The notes: generated by a model not told the origin, from the sequence alone. A stretch of DNA of 46,933 nt from Candidatus Yanofskybacteria bacterium RIFCSPHIGHO2_01_FULL_41_26 (GCA_001794055.1 MGJB01000002.1:1-46933), one strand, 5' to 3'; positions 25,863-36,337 are shown, counted from the stretch's first letter. Numbers and translations: made by a program.

Positions 25863-26228
25863 ATGAGTACATTTGAACTGGGTTTTTTGGCAGAAAATTT
25901 AGCAGCTCGATATTTAGAAAAGAAAGGGTACAAGATACTCGATTTAAATTATAGAAAACCATGGGGCGAGATAGATATTGTTGCTTCAAAAGAGGGGATT
26001 TTAGTTTTTGTGGAGGTCAAGGCTAACAGGAAAATAATTGCCGGTTTTGAGCCGGAATTAAGAGCCACTACTTCTAAAATAATTAAAGTAGCTAGAACTG
26101 CGAGAACTTATCTTGCTGAAAAACATTTTAGTATTGAACAAGAATGGCAAATAGACGTGATTTCCGTAGGATTAGACGAACCTCAAGAAGTGGCCAAAAT
26201 AAGGCATTTCAAGAATATTGATGTTTAG
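25863..26228 (+). CDS. yraN: YraN (UPF0102) nuclease
   Basis: G..AENLAARYL..KGY, GEIDIVA, LVFVEVK, IDVISV. Start taken at ATG 25863. Confidence 0.92.
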   Translation: MSTFELGFLAENLAARYLEKKGYKILDLNYRKPWGEIDIVASKEGILVFVEVKANRKIIAGFEPELRATTSKIIKVARTARTYLAEKHFSIEQEWQIDVISVGLDEPQEVAKIRHFKNIDV

Positions 26229-26390
26229 AATTATCTACTTTAAATAAAGCTTTTATTGACCGAAAGAGGGAAGTTCCGTGTGGAGTATTTGTTCGAAGTC
26301 TACATAGCCCTTTACATTTGTGTGTTTTTCTGATATAATAAAGGTATTCTTTGAAATTCAGATTCTGCCCAAAAGGGCAGGGAGGACAGC

Positions 26391-27134
26391 ATGAGAAAAA
26401 TGTTAGCGATCTTCATTTTGGCAGTTCTGACGACGGCCGTTCCGGTAAACGCCCAGGCTATTCGATGGGGATACATTCCTCAGACAACGGAGGGTTGGTA
26501 TTATCTGGTCAATGGTGATCAGGTGGGTATGCTTACCGCCGATAATCTCGGCATGGTGAGAGGTCTCACTCACCAACTCCGGCGGTCGGAGATACGTTCC
26601 CTGTCCGACGATCTTGTTTGGAACGGAGCTGCATACGGTGTCAACACTGCGCGCGGTTTCTATCCGATGTATGATCACAACATGCGTCCAATGAGTCGCC
26701 GAGAGGCGAGTATCACTGGAGCAGCAATCGGAGCGGCAATTGGTTTTGGTGTCTCGGGAAATACTCGGGGCACAGCAATCGGTGCGGCTGGTGGCGCGAT
26801 TGTGGGGCTTCTAACACACCGTGGCAACAGCAATAAGAACGATATCGGTACGAGGCCGAATCGACAAGTGTCCGTTTCGAACCAACCATCAACCGCGGGG
26901 GATTGGCGAGTTTCAAACCGAACGTCCAAGCGTGCCGAACTCTGGGACGGCGAGCAATTTGTCGCTCGTATCGAGTCTGGCAGGAGTATCCAGGTCGATG
27001 CGCCCCGGAATGGCGGCTACAAGGCCATTTTGCTGATCCCGAACCGCTCCGGTGGTTTAAATCGGGAAGCGGCCCAGATCCGCGGAAATGACAATCTCAA
27101 TGGCTGGGACATCGTTTCCGCGGCTGTAAGATAG
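26391..27134 (+). CDS. Secreted glycine-zipper protein (stand-alone unit, GC-rich)
   Basis: Signal peptide, GAAIGAAIG..GTAIGAAGGAIVG, GGGAGG SD, TTTACA-17-TATAAT promoter, AACCGCATTTGC/GCAAATGCGGTT hairpin downstream. Confidence 0.85.
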   Translation: MRKMLAIFILAVLTTAVPVNAQAIRWGYIPQTTEGWYYLVNGDQVGMLTADNLGMVRGLTHQLRRSEIRSLSDDLVWNGAAYGVNTARGFYPMYDHNMRPMSRREASITGAAIGAAIGFGVSGNTRGTAIGAAGGAIVGLLTHRGNSNKNDIGTRPNRQVSVSNQPSTAGDWRVSNRTSKRAELWDGEQFVARIESGRSIQVDAPRNGGYKAILLIPNRSGGLNREAAQIRGNDNLNGWDIVSAAVR

Positions 27135-27231
27135 AAGACTCAAGTCTAACCGCATTTGCAACCACATCACGTGGCCATCGCAAATGCGGTTTTCTAATTG
27201 AAAAAAACAATAAAAAAAGCTAATATTAGTC

Positions 27232-27666
27232 ATGATTTTTAATTCTCACAGTCCAAAAGAAACCCAGAAAATTGCTGCTGATTTAGCTCACAAAATTATC
27301 AAAACCAAAAAGGGTGCGGTGGTAGCATTAGAAGGGGAGTTAGGAGCTGGCAAGACAACTTTTATACAGGGATTTGCTAAAGCTCTTGGCATAAAATCAA
27401 AAATAAAAAGTCCGACTTTTGTTTTAATGAAAAAATATAAGGTTCCGGGCGGAACATCTAATCTCTATCACTTGGATTGTTATAGAATAGGGGACCATAA
27501 AGATTTAAAAATTCTAGAATTGAAAGAAATTTTTTCAGAGTCGCACGATATTATTTTAATAGAATGGGCAGAGAGGGCGAAGGAGATTCTTCCCAAAAAA
27601 CACGTTACGATTCACATTGACCATATCGATAAAAAAACCAGAAAATTATTAATTACTAATGACTAA
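27232..27666 (+). CDS. tsaE: tRNA t6A biosynthesis ATPase
   Basis: LEGELGAGKTTF, SPTF, YHLDCYR, IEWAE. Confidence 0.96.
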   Translation: MIFNSHSPKETQKIAADLAHKIIKTKKGAVVALEGELGAGKTTFIQGFAKALGIKSKIKSPTFVLMKKYKVPGGTSNLYHLDCYRIGDHKDLKILELKEIFSESHDIILIEWAERAKEILPKKHVTIHIDHIDKKTRKLLITND

Positions 27667-30304
27667 AAAATTAATTTTGATAGACGGCCACGCATTAGTT
27701 CACAGAGCATTTCACGCATTGCCTCAAACATTGGCTTCACCGACAGGCCTTTTAACCAATGCTGTTTATGGTTTTACGGCGGTATTGATTAAAGCTATCA
27801 AAGACATAAAACCTGATTACATCGTGGCCACTTTTGATTTGGCTGGTCCGACATTCCGCCATGAGGAATTTGCCGATTACAAAGCGCATCGCGAAAAAGC
27901 CCCTGAGGGATTGCATGAACAGGTGCCTTTAGTAAAAGAAGTTCTTGCGGCTTTTGGAATACCAGTTTTTGAAAAACCAGGATTTGAAGCCGATGATGTT
28001 ATCGGTTCAATTTGTGAGAAAACCAAAAAAGTTAAAGGCCTGCAAACCATTATTGCTACTGGAGACATGGACACGCTTCAACTTGTTGAAGGCGACAAAG
28101 TGGTGGTTTTAACGCTTAGAAAAGGGGTAACAGACACAGTTTTATACAATGAAGACGAGGTCAGAAAACGCTACGGCATTGAGCCGGAACAGCTGGTTGA
28201 TTATAAAGGGTTGAAAGGAGATCCATCCGATAATATTCCCGGGGTTCCTGGAGTGGGGGAGAAGACCGCATCTGTTTTGATAAAAAAATTTGGCAATCTT
28301 AATAATTTGTATAAAGAAATAGAAAAACCAGCAAACAACAAAAACAAAGATGTTTCAGAAAAGTTGGTTCAGAAATTGATTGAAAACAAAGACATGGCCT
28401 TTTTTTCCAAGAAACTCGCAACTATCATTAAAAATGTGAACATTGATTTTAAGTTAGAAAATGCCGAATGGCGAAAAACAATGAAGAAAGACGAAATTTC
28501 TCATCTTTTTCAGAGCATGGGCTTTTATAGTTTACTTAAGCGTGTTTCGGAAGTTGATGGTTCTGTTGTCCAGGAGCAGACGTCTTTTTTGCCTCCGCCA
28601 AAAACCGGGTCAGGGACAAATGAATTAAAAACTGACAAAGAAATAGCGGACCTGCTGTTTAAATTAAAAAATCAAAAAGAATTTGCCCTGGATGTATCCG
28701 GCAACAGTATTTATTTTGCCGTTGACCCAAAAGAGTGTGTTTCAGTTTCATTTGAATGTTTATCAAAGAACACATCCTTGAGGTTAAACCTCAAGGATGT
28801 GTTGGAGAATCCAAAAATAAGTAAAGTGGGCCACGATTTTAAAATGATTTCTAAATATTTTCTTGGCAAAGGGATTCATGTTGAGGGAATAAGTTTTGAT
28901 TCCAAAATTGCCGCTTATCTTCTTAATTCAGATCTTAGAGACTACTCCCTGCACAATGTTTATTTCATTGAATTTAAGCAAAACATGGATATTAACCCAA
29001 AAAGAAGTCCTTGTGTTGTTCTCGAATTGAAAAATAAACTTGTTGCTAAGCTAAAACACATCGATTCTTTGTGGGTTTTGGAAAAGATAGAACTGCCACT
29101 TTCGATAGTATTGGCTGAGATGGAATTAAGCGGAATTAAAATTGATTCTTCGGCTATTGCTCGACTTGAAAAGACAACAACCAAAGAGCTGACCAAGCTT
29201 GAAAAAAATATATATGAATTAGCCGGTAAGGAATTTAATGTCAACTCGCCCCAGCAAATGTCGGCTATATTGTTTGAGCATTTGAAGATAACAGGAAAGC
29301 TTAAGAAAACCAGCAAAGGAGCTATTTCTACGGCAGCGCCGGAATTAGAAAAATTATCAGGAGTACATCCTATAATAGACTTGATACTGAAATATAGAGA
29401 ACTTCAAAAACTGAAAACAACGTATATTGACCCATTTCCGAACCTGGTCAATAAACATGGACGTATTTGTACGACTTTTAATCAAACAGGCACTACTACA
29501 GGCCGTCTTTCAAGCGAGGAGCCAAATCTTCAAAATATTCCGATTCGTACCGATATTGGCCAGGAATTTAGGAAGGTTTTTATTGCGTCGCCTGGATATA
29601 AATTAGTTTCTTTTGACTATTCACAACTTGAACTTCGCATCGCAGCTCATATTTCCAAAGATAAAAAAATGAGCGAGGCTTTCAAAAGAGGAGAGGATAT
29701 TCATACCCGGACCGCTGCTGAAATATTTGGCGTTCAGGCCTCGGAGGTTACTACTGGCATGCGAAGGCAGGCAAAAGTTTTAAATTTCGGAATTTTGTAT
29801 GGCATGGGAATTATTGGTTTTCAGAGAGCTTCAGGAGTTGATAGAGCTAAGGCCAAAGAATTTATCGATAGATATCTTCATGAATTTTCCGGAATAGCTC
29901 GCTATATGCAAGAAATGAGAGATAAAGTCCGCCGAGATGGTTATGTAACAACAATTTTCGGGAGGCGTAGACAATTGCCGGAAGTCTTTTCTGGCATACC
30001 TCAACTTGTAAACCAAGCCGAAAGAATGGCGATTAATATGCCCATTCAAGGGACAGAGGCCGATCTTTTGAAACTATCCATGATCGAGATTCATGAATTA
30101 ATTCATAAGGAAAAAACAGAAAAAAACGTAAAACTGTTATTACAAGTTCATGATGAACTCTTGTTTGAGGTGAAAGAAGATCTAATTAGGGATTGGGCTT
30201 CAAGAATAAGAAACATAATGGAAAATATCCACAAATTTGATGTGCCCTTGATCGTTGATGCGAAGTATGGTATAAATTGGGCAGAGATGGAAGAGATAAC
30301 ATAG
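27659..30304 (+). CDS. polA: DNA polymerase I
   Basis: 5'-3' exonuclease (LIDGHAL, EADDVIG, LKGDPSDNIPGV), TGRLSS, DYSQLELR, LQVHDELLFE. Confidence 0.98.
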   Translation: MTKKLILIDGHALVHRAFHALPQTLASPTGLLTNAVYGFTAVLIKAIKDIKPDYIVATFDLAGPTFRHEEFADYKAHREKAPEGLHEQVPLVKEVLAAFGIPVFEKPGFEADDVIGSICEKTKKVKGLQTIIATGDMDTLQLVEGDKVVVLTLRKGVTDTVLYNEDEVRKRYGIEPEQLVDYKGLKGDPSDNIPGVPGVGEKTASVLIKKFGNLNNLYKEIEKPANNKNKDVSEKLVQKLIENKDMAFFSKKLATIIKNVNIDFKLENAEWRKTMKKDEISHLFQSMGFYSLLKRVSEVDGSVVQEQTSFLPPPKTGSGTNELKTDKEIADLLFKLKNQKEFALDVSGNSIYFAVDPKECVSVSFECLSKNTSLRLNLKDVLENPKISKVGHDFKMISKYFLGKGIHVEGISFDSKIAAYLLNSDLRDYSLHNVYFIEFKQNMDINPKRSPCVVLELKNKLVAKLKHIDSLWVLEKIELPLSIVLAEMELSGIKIDSSAIARLEKTTTKELTKLEKNIYELAGKEFNVNSPQQMSAILFEHLKITGKLKKTSKGAISTAAPELEKLSGVHPIIDLILKYRELQKLKTTYIDPFPNLVNKHGRICTTFNQTGTTTGRLSSEEPNLQNIPIRTDIGQEFRKVFIASPGYKLVSFDYSQLELRIAAHISKDKKMSEAFKRGEDIHTRTAAEIFGVQASEVTTGMRRQAKVLNFGILYGMGIIGFQRASGVDRAKAKEFIDRYLHEFSGIARYMQEMRDKVRRDGYVTTIFGRRRQLPEVFSGIPQLVNQAERMAINMPIQGTEADLLKLSMIEIHELIHKEKTEKNVKLLLQVHDELLFEVKEDLIRDWASRIRNIMENIHKFDVPLIVDAKYGINWAEMEEIT

Positions 30305-30313
30305 GAGTCCAAA

Positions 30314-30577
30314 ATGGCACTTTCAGAACTTGAACCGGATGTAAACAGAGTGGAAATCGCTGCTTTAAGAATGAAGGAAATAATTGAAACTACTTGGTTA
30401 AGAGACCCCGTCTTAAACGAGGTAGAAATAGTCGAGTTTAATCGTTTAAAGGCAGAGATCGAGAATGTGGGTTTATATGTAAATTGGGAAGTAAGATTTA
30501 AAATAGATGATTCGGGTGATCCTAAAATTGAGGCAGATGTAAACGTATTAATACCAAAAAACACTACAATCCATTAG
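30314..30577 (+). CDS. Hypothetical protein
   Basis: 87-aa ORF with AGGAG SD and its own terminator ACTGG/CCAGTTTTT, between polA and mutM. Confidence 0.7.
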   Translation: MALSELEPDVNRVEIAALRMKEIIETTWLRDPVLNEVEIVEFNRLKAEIENVGLYVNWEVRFKIDDSGDPKIEADVNVLIPKNTTIH

Positions 30578-30619
30578 AACTGGTAAAAGGCCAGTTTTTT
30601 TGTTAATAATTAGACTAAT

Positions 30620-31516
30620 ATGCCAGAATTGCCGGAAGTACAAACTATAGTCAATTATCTTTCCAAAAAAGTAGTTGGACTTAAGATAACCGATGCCTGG
30701 ACTGACCGGCCTAAAACCCTGAAACAGGCAGGTGGGCTTATTAGTTTTAAAAAGCAGATTAAAAATAAAAAAATATTAAGCGTAAGACGTCGAGCAAAAT
30801 ATATTGTGGTGGACATAGAGGGAAAAAAGACGATTTTCATACACCAAAAAATATCCGGCCATCTGCTCTATGGCAAGTGGAAAGTGGCAAGTGGAAAGTG
30901 GGAAAGTATCGTTTCCGGTCCTTTGAAAGACGACAAGCAGAATGGTTACATCCGTTTCATGCTGATGCTGAATAACGGGTATCAGTTGGCATTGTCCGAT
31001 TTAAGGCGTTTTGGAAAAGTGATTTTGGTGGATGACGACAAGGTCAAAGATCTGAAAGAAATAAGAGATTTAGGCCCGGAACCTCTGGAGATAAACTTTG
31101 AACAGTTTAAAGAATTGTTTAGAAGTTCAACTTCTAAACACAGAAAAAGGGGAAGAATAAAACAGATTCTAATGGATCCGACCTTCATTGCTGGAATAGG
31201 CAATATATATGCTGATGAGATATTGTGGGACTCCGGATTTCATCCTCTTTCAAGGGTAGAAAATTTAAATACATCAGATTTGAGGAAAATTTTTAATGGG
31301 ATTGCAAAAATACTTAAAAAGGCAATTAAATATCAGGGGTCAAGCATAGATGATTACAGAATTCCATCCGGAGAAAAAGGTAAGTTTCAAGACATCCAAA
31401 ATGCTTATCAATTAATCGGAAAAAAGTGCAAAAAAAGAGATAGCGGTATTATGGAACGGTTGAAACTTGGCGGCCGTTCCGCCCATTTTTGTTCCAAACA
31501 CCAGATATTAAAATAA
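30620..31516 (+). CDS. mutM: Formamidopyrimidine-DNA glycosylase
   Basis: MPELPEV, RRAKY, DLRRFG, LGPEPL, AGIGNIYADE, GRSAHFC. Confidence 0.96.
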   Translation: MPELPEVQTIVNYLSKKVVGLKITDAWTDRPKTLKQAGGLISFKKQIKNKKILSVRRRAKYIVVDIEGKKTIFIHQKISGHLLYGKWKVASGKWESIVSGPLKDDKQNGYIRFMLMLNNGYQLALSDLRRFGKVILVDDDKVKDLKEIRDLGPEPLEINFEQFKELFRSSTSKHRKRGRIKQILMDPTFIAGIGNIYADEILWDSGFHPLSRVENLNTSDLRKIFNGIAKILKKAIKYQGSSIDDYRIPSGEKGKFQDIQNAYQLIGKKCKKRDSGIMERLKLGGRSAHFCSKHQILK

Positions 31517-31529
31517 TTTCTAGTTTTTA

Positions 31530-32549
31530 ATGAATTTTAAATTTTTAAATCTTAACTTAAACAAAATATTGATAATCACCGGAGCGGTCATGTTCGTTTT
31601 TGTCGTTATATTTGTTATCTGGTGGAACAAGGAGATAGTTATTAGCAACAGCATAGGCATTATAAACAAAGACGAGATGTCAAAAAGCTCAATTACGGGA
31701 CTTGATTGTTCTGGCGCCGATGTGCGGTCTATTGCCATAATGTTGGCATCTGATCCTGAAGCTAGGCCTCTTTCCGGAATAAGCCAGGCCGACTTGGTTT
31801 TTGAGATGCCTGTTGATCCGACGGGGATTACCAGATTTCTGGCTATCTTTCAGTGCGAAAAACCGAAAGAAATTGGATCGGTAAGATCAGCCAGAAGCGA
31901 CTTTATTCCACTGGCAGCGGGTTTTAAGGCGATATACGCTCATTGGGGCGGAGAACACGATGCTCTTGAAAAACTGGACGGTCGAATTGTTGATAATATA
32001 GATGCTTTAAAATATGAAGGGGAAACGTTTTATAGAAAATCGGGAATTCGTCCTCCCCACAACGGATTTACTAATTTTGATCTTCTTACAAAAAAAGCTC
32101 AAGATCTTAGGTATGATTTTCAGAGTAATTTTTCCGGATATCCTCATCAAAAAGAAGAGTCAAAGAAAAACCTGTCTAACTTAACTGGTCAGGTCAGTAT
32201 AAATTATCCGGGAACTCATGCTGTTGTTTGGACTTATGATCTCGAAACTAATTTATACAGCCGGTTCAGGAATGGCAGCGGCGAGATAGATAAAAATAAC
32301 GGCCAGATGGTTAAGGCCAGTGTCGTTGCGGTGATGAACACAACCTCCAAATTCTTGAAGGAACAGTATATAAGCGTTAATGTTTCTGGCAGTGGAACGG
32401 CTCAAATTTATCAAAACGGCAGCATTATAAACAGTAAGTGGGAAAAGAATGTTTCTCAACTGGACAGTAAATTATATTTTTACGATGGTTCGGGAAAGGA
32501 AATTCAGTTTGTCCCCGGAAAAATATGGGTGGAAATTTTGACGCGATGA
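31530..32549 (+). CDS. DUF3048 (YerB-like) membrane-anchored protein
   Basis: ARPLSGISQADLVFE, GITRFLA, IGSVRSAR, HWGG, PHN, GKIWVEI. Confidence 0.85.
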   Translation: MNFKFLNLNLNKILIITGAVMFVFVVIFVIWWNKEIVISNSIGIINKDEMSKSSITGLDCSGADVRSIAIMLASDPEARPLSGISQADLVFEMPVDPTGITRFLAIFQCEKPKEIGSVRSARSDFIPLAAGFKAIYAHWGGEHDALEKLDGRIVDNIDALKYEGETFYRKSGIRPPHNGFTNFDLLTKKAQDLRYDFQSNFSGYPHQKEESKKNLSNLTGQVSINYPGTHAVVWTYDLETNLYSRFRNGSGEIDKNNGQMVKASVVAVMNTTSKFLKEQYISVNVSGSGTAQIYQNGSIINSKWEKNVSQLDSKLYFYDGSGKEIQFVPGKIWVEILTR

Positions 32550-33499
32550 TTATTTTTTTATATGGGCCGGACAGCTACCGGCTGAAACAAAATAGCCGCA
32601 TTGTTTTGGATAATTACCGAAAAAAGCATTCGGATGGTATTTTTTTTAAATTTGATTTATCAAACATAGACGAAATTGCAAAAGCCGAAGATGCTGTTAA
32701 GAGCGGTTCTTTGTTTGGCGAGATAAAATTGATAGTTATCAAAAATTCCTTTTTCAATAAAGCCGGCTCGGATCGGATGGGGAATCTGATCAAGGCCCAA
32801 AACCTCTTGAAAGAAAAAGACACAGTCCTTTTGTTTGTTGAGAATCAAGACGAAAAAGAACTGGCTAAAAACAAAACACTTTTTAATTTATTGGCCGGAA
32901 AAGACAGCATGGTAAAAAATATCGAGTATCTTGAAGGAGAAAAGCTGGTCAAATGGATAAGGGGGGAGTTTGTTTCAAGAAATTGCTTGATAGAGCCCGA
33001 TGCAATAAAAGAATTGGTTATTACCAGGGGAAATGACAGCTGGGCTTTGATTAATGAGATAGAAAAATTAAGTAATTATAGTGGCCAGACCACTATAACA
33101 AAAAAGGATGTGGCGCTTCTTGGTTTCAAAAAAATCGACCTGAATATTTTTGATTTTGTCGATGCCATTGCTGGGAAGAACAAACTGAAAGCTTACGAGA
33201 TTTTGTTTAAAGAGATACAAAACGGCCGGGATCCATATTATCTTTTGACCATGATTGTTTACGGATTTAGAAATCTATTAGCCGTTAAGGATTTGTCGGC
33301 TAGAGGCATGTCTTTAAGCGATATAACCAAAAGAGTTCGCCTTCACCCGTTTGTTGCTAAAAAATCATACCAAAGCGCGGATAGATTCAGCCTAGAAGAA
33401 TTGAGGAAGGTTTATGGGCGTTTGCTTGATTTGGATACCCGTTCCAAAGAGGGGGTTCTTAATTTGACCGATTCTCTATTCTCGTTTGTATTGATCTAA
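32546..33499 (+). CDS. holA: DNA polymerase III delta subunit
   Basis: IFLYGPDSY, SLFG, NEIEKL, IFDFVDAI, LHPFVAKK. Start at ATG 32546 (ATGA overlap with the upstream stop). Confidence 0.9.
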   Translation: MIIFLYGPDSYRLKQNSRIVLDNYRKKHSDGIFFKFDLSNIDEIAKAEDAVKSGSLFGEIKLIVIKNSFFNKAGSDRMGNLIKAQNLLKEKDTVLLFVENQDEKELAKNKTLFNLLAGKDSMVKNIEYLEGEKLVKWIRGEFVSRNCLIEPDAIKELVITRGNDSWALINEIEKLSNYSGQTTITKKDVALLGFKKIDLNIFDFVDAIAGKNKLKAYEILFKEIQNGRDPYYLLTMIVYGFRNLLAVKDLSARGMSLSDITKRVRLHPFVAKKSYQSADRFSLEELRKVYGRLLDLDTRSKEGVLNLTDSLFSFVLI

Positions 33500-33503
33500 T
33501 TAA

Positions 33504-33523
33504 AAGCGCCCTTAAAGGCGCTT
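33504..33523. terminator. Likely bidirectional terminator between holA and spoVR
   Basis: AAGCGCC-CTTAAA-GGCGCTT between convergent stop codons. Confidence 0.65.
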
Positions 33524-35021
33524 ATTTTTTCTTTCTTTCACTATCGAACATTGCTAGTAGATCTTTGTCATCAACCCTGGTTTCTAAAAATACCTTCTTT
33601 CCCCACAGGTGGTTAATTTTTTCTAAAGTGGCGTTCATATATTTGGGGTCAAGCTCATATCCATTCCAGACATGTCTAAGCAAAAGATGATTCTGGCTGT
33701 TATAGTTTCCGTTTTCAACTCTGATAAGCGGCACTCCGTAATAAGTGAACTGATTTTTTAGGATTTCTCTTATTACATCCGGATTATCTTCGACAATCAC
33801 ATAAACAATATCCCCATTTGCTGTCGGTAATCCTGCCCAGATATATAATTGCTGTTCCCTGATGAATTCGTCAGTGAAAAATTCTTCTACAGCCATTCGA
33901 TCGCTATAAAAAGAACGAACTTGGAATATTTTTTGATTTCCCAGTCCAGCGGCCGTGTCCCACCTAGAGTGCTTAAAAGCATTTTTTTCTTCCTCATACT
34001 CTCTACCGAATTGGCCCTTGTCCCATCTTTCTTTGATGTTCTCAAACAAGGAAAGATAAATTCGATACCAGTTAAAGCCGGCTTTGTTTTCTCGGGTTAC
34101 CCCTGAATGAAAATCATTGAATACCCCATGTTCTTCAGGGGTGATAACGCCTTCTTCAAAAAGTCGTCTCATTATCCTGACGTGCCAATAAGTAGCCCAA
34201 CCCTCATCGAGTCCTTTTGTTTTTCTGTTTGGCGCCAAACTTCTGGCTTGATTTCTTATTACCGTCAAGACATCAATCATCCAGGGCTTAAGAGGTTTAG
34301 GCGACTTTTTGATTAAATAATTAAGGATATCATAGGTTGGTTCGGGCGGAGTTTTTGTTGATAATCTTTCCAGCCTTTTTTCTATTTGCTCAATTTCTTG
34401 TTGGGTTTCTGATTTTTTGAATTTTGATTTTACGTCTTCAAATCTTTCAAGTTTTGCTCTTTCAAAAGCTATTAACCTTTCTCTGACAGTTTCTTCATCC
34501 TGTTCTTCAAAGAATGGATCAGGATCCTGGTGCCATTGAATCGACATTCCTGCATCAATTACTTTCTCTACTTCCTGTTGTCCATGACGTGCTTCGTATT
34601 CTTTAAAGCGCTTGGAGGCGTTTCTAGCTTCTTCAGCAACGTTGGAGAAGGAACGCCCATGTTTTAAATATCTGTTTGCCAAAAAGAAATCAACATGGCC
34701 ATAAACGTGGGCGATGACAAGAACATTTAAAGCAAATGGGTTTGTTTCCACTAAAAAGGCTTTTGGTTTGTCAAAATTCCAAACTTGCTCATAAGGTATG
34801 CCTGCTCCCGTGTGTTCATAAATAGTACGGTGTTTTTCGTAATCCCTGCCGAATGTCCAATGAGAAAAGTTAACTGGAAATCCGTAAGACATTCCCTCAA
34901 GCACTCTCTGGGCTGTAGTTATTTCGAATGTAATTTCGGTGGTTAAGAGGCCTGATTCTTCTGCTATTTCTTTTATTCTCTTTTCGATTTGAATTAAACG
35001 TTCAACTCCTTGCTTCTTCAT
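33522..35021 (-). CDS. spoVR: SpoVR/YcgB family protein
   Basis: FSHWTFG, YE, IAHVYGHVDFF, TKGLDEGWATYWH, LLLRH..G.ELD. Start at ATG 35021 overlapping the yeaH stop. Confidence 0.92.
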   Translation of the reverse strand: MKKQGVERLIQIEKRIKEIAEESGLLTTEITFEITTAQRVLEGMSYGFPVNFSHWTFGRDYEKHRTIYEHTGAGIPYEQVWNFDKPKAFLVETNPFALNVLVIAHVYGHVDFFLANRYLKHGRSFSNVAEEARNASKRFKEYEARHGQQEVEKVIDAGMSIQWHQDPDPFFEEQDEETVRERLIAFERAKLERFEDVKSKFKKSETQQEIEQIEKRLERLSTKTPPEPTYDILNYLIKKSPKPLKPWMIDVLTVIRNQARSLAPNRKTKGLDEGWATYWHVRIMRRLFEEGVITPEEHGVFNDFHSGVTRENKAGFNWYRIYLSLFENIKERWDKGQFGREYEEEKNAFKHSRWDTAAGLGNQKIFQVRSFYSDRMAVEEFFTDEFIREQQLYIWAGLPTANGDIVYVIVEDNPDVIREILKNQFTYYGVPLIRVENGNYNSQNHLLLRHVWNGYELDPKYMNATLEKINHLWGKKVFLETRVDDKDLLAMFDSERKKK

Positions 35022-36337
35022 TGGGTCCACCTGTCTTTTCTCAAGAATGCTTTCAGGGCTGGTAAAATATGTTCTCGCTCCATGAGGCGTACACACAGAA
35101 GGGGCAAGTCTTTATCGCCTTCGGCTATTCCCAAACCATTATCTTGTGTTTCTTTCAAGGTAAAGTAGTTTTTAAATTTCTGCCAGAGTCCGGATCTTTT
35201 GTTCTTAAACCAATCCGGATCAGCATCCGGTTGAACTTCCCCGTAGCCAATCATGTTCACTCCTTTATCAATAAGTTTTCCCAACTCTTCAATGGTTCTT
35301 TCGGGGTCAAAGTCTTCACCGTCGGAAAAGTGCCATACATAAACGTTCCAACGATTGGTTGGGTATTCCGTATCAATCAAGCTGCTTGCCAGTTCATATG
35401 CTGTATGGCAATTAGTTCCTCCACTTTCCCCGGTTCTAAAAAAATCCTCTTCGCCCACTAATTTAGCTGTGGAATGGTGGATTATGAACCTAACTTCAAC
35501 GTTTCTGTATAATTTTCTCAAAAATGCCACCAACCAAAAAAGCATTGCTCGGGCTAAATATTTTTTCATATAGCCCATTGAACCGGAAACATCCATCATG
35601 GCAATAATAACTGCGTTGGACTGGTTCTCCGTGTCTTGCTGAATTTCCCGGTATCTCAAATCGTCAGCCTCAAAAACAGGGAATGGAATTATGGTAGATT
35701 CTTTTGAGGTCAACTGGTTTTGTTTAATAATTTCAATGGCTTTTTCCAGTAATCCACCGGCTTGTTTAAGGGCGCTAAAGCATATAAATTCGTCAGATCC
35801 GGTCTCCGCTTTGAGCGTTTCTAAAAAGATCCAAAACCTTCTCATCCCTTCTTGGGCAGTAGCCCTTCTGTCAAGTAGAGGCCAAGGGCCGGATTTTACG
35901 ATTCCGCCTATCTTGTACCCCAACTCTACAATTAATTCTTTTACTTCCTTTTCTTCCAATTGCGGAAGACCAAGATCTTCAAGCATCAGTTCAATAATTT
36001 CTTCAATTTCCACTTCTGTTTCTATATAATCTTCTCCGGGTTCTTCTCCGGGTTCTCCCGGCTGACCTTGAGCTGGTTTATGGCCAATGACATCTCCGGG
36101 CTGACCATCTCCTTGGCCGATTCCTTCGGATTCATTTCCTGTTTTTGGACGAAAATGAGGCAAGTCAATGTTTCTAATCGGGATCTTTATCACTCTGCCT
36201 TTTTTTTGGGTGATTATCGACTCGTCGGCAATAATTTCAGGAAGCTTTTTGATTATAGCTTCTCTTTGTTTTTCACGGTGCCGGCGGGCATCTTTACGAC
36301 CGCGCTCTGTAACGGGTTCCGATACTATGATAGGCAC
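35018..36337 (-). CDS. yeaH: YeaH/YhbH (DUF444) vWA-domain protein
   Basis: DARRHREK, GIGQGDGQPGDVI, DDLRYR, MMDVSGSM (MIDAS), ESGGT, FSDGED. GTG start at 36337 with GAGGTG SD. Confidence 0.92.
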   Translation of the reverse strand: MPIIVSEPVTERGRKDARRHREKQREAIIKKLPEIIADESIITQKKGRVIKIPIRNIDLPHFRPKTGNESEGIGQGDGQPGDVIGHKPAQGQPGEPGEEPGEDYIETEVEIEEIIELMLEDLGLPQLEEKEVKELIVELGYKIGGIVKSGPWPLLDRRATAQEGMRRFWIFLETLKAETGSDEFICFSALKQAGGLLEKAIEIIKQNQLTSKESTIIPFPVFEADDLRYREIQQDTENQSNAVIIAMMDVSGSMGYMKKYLARAMLFWLVAFLRKLYRNVEVRFIIHHSTAKLVGEEDFFRTGESGGTNCHTAYELASSLIDTEYPTNRWNVYVWHFSDGEDFDPERTIEELGKLIDKGVNMIGYGEVQPDADPDWFKNKRSGLWQKFKNYFTLKETQDNGLGIAEGDKDLPLLCVRLMEREHILPALKAFLRKDRWTQ

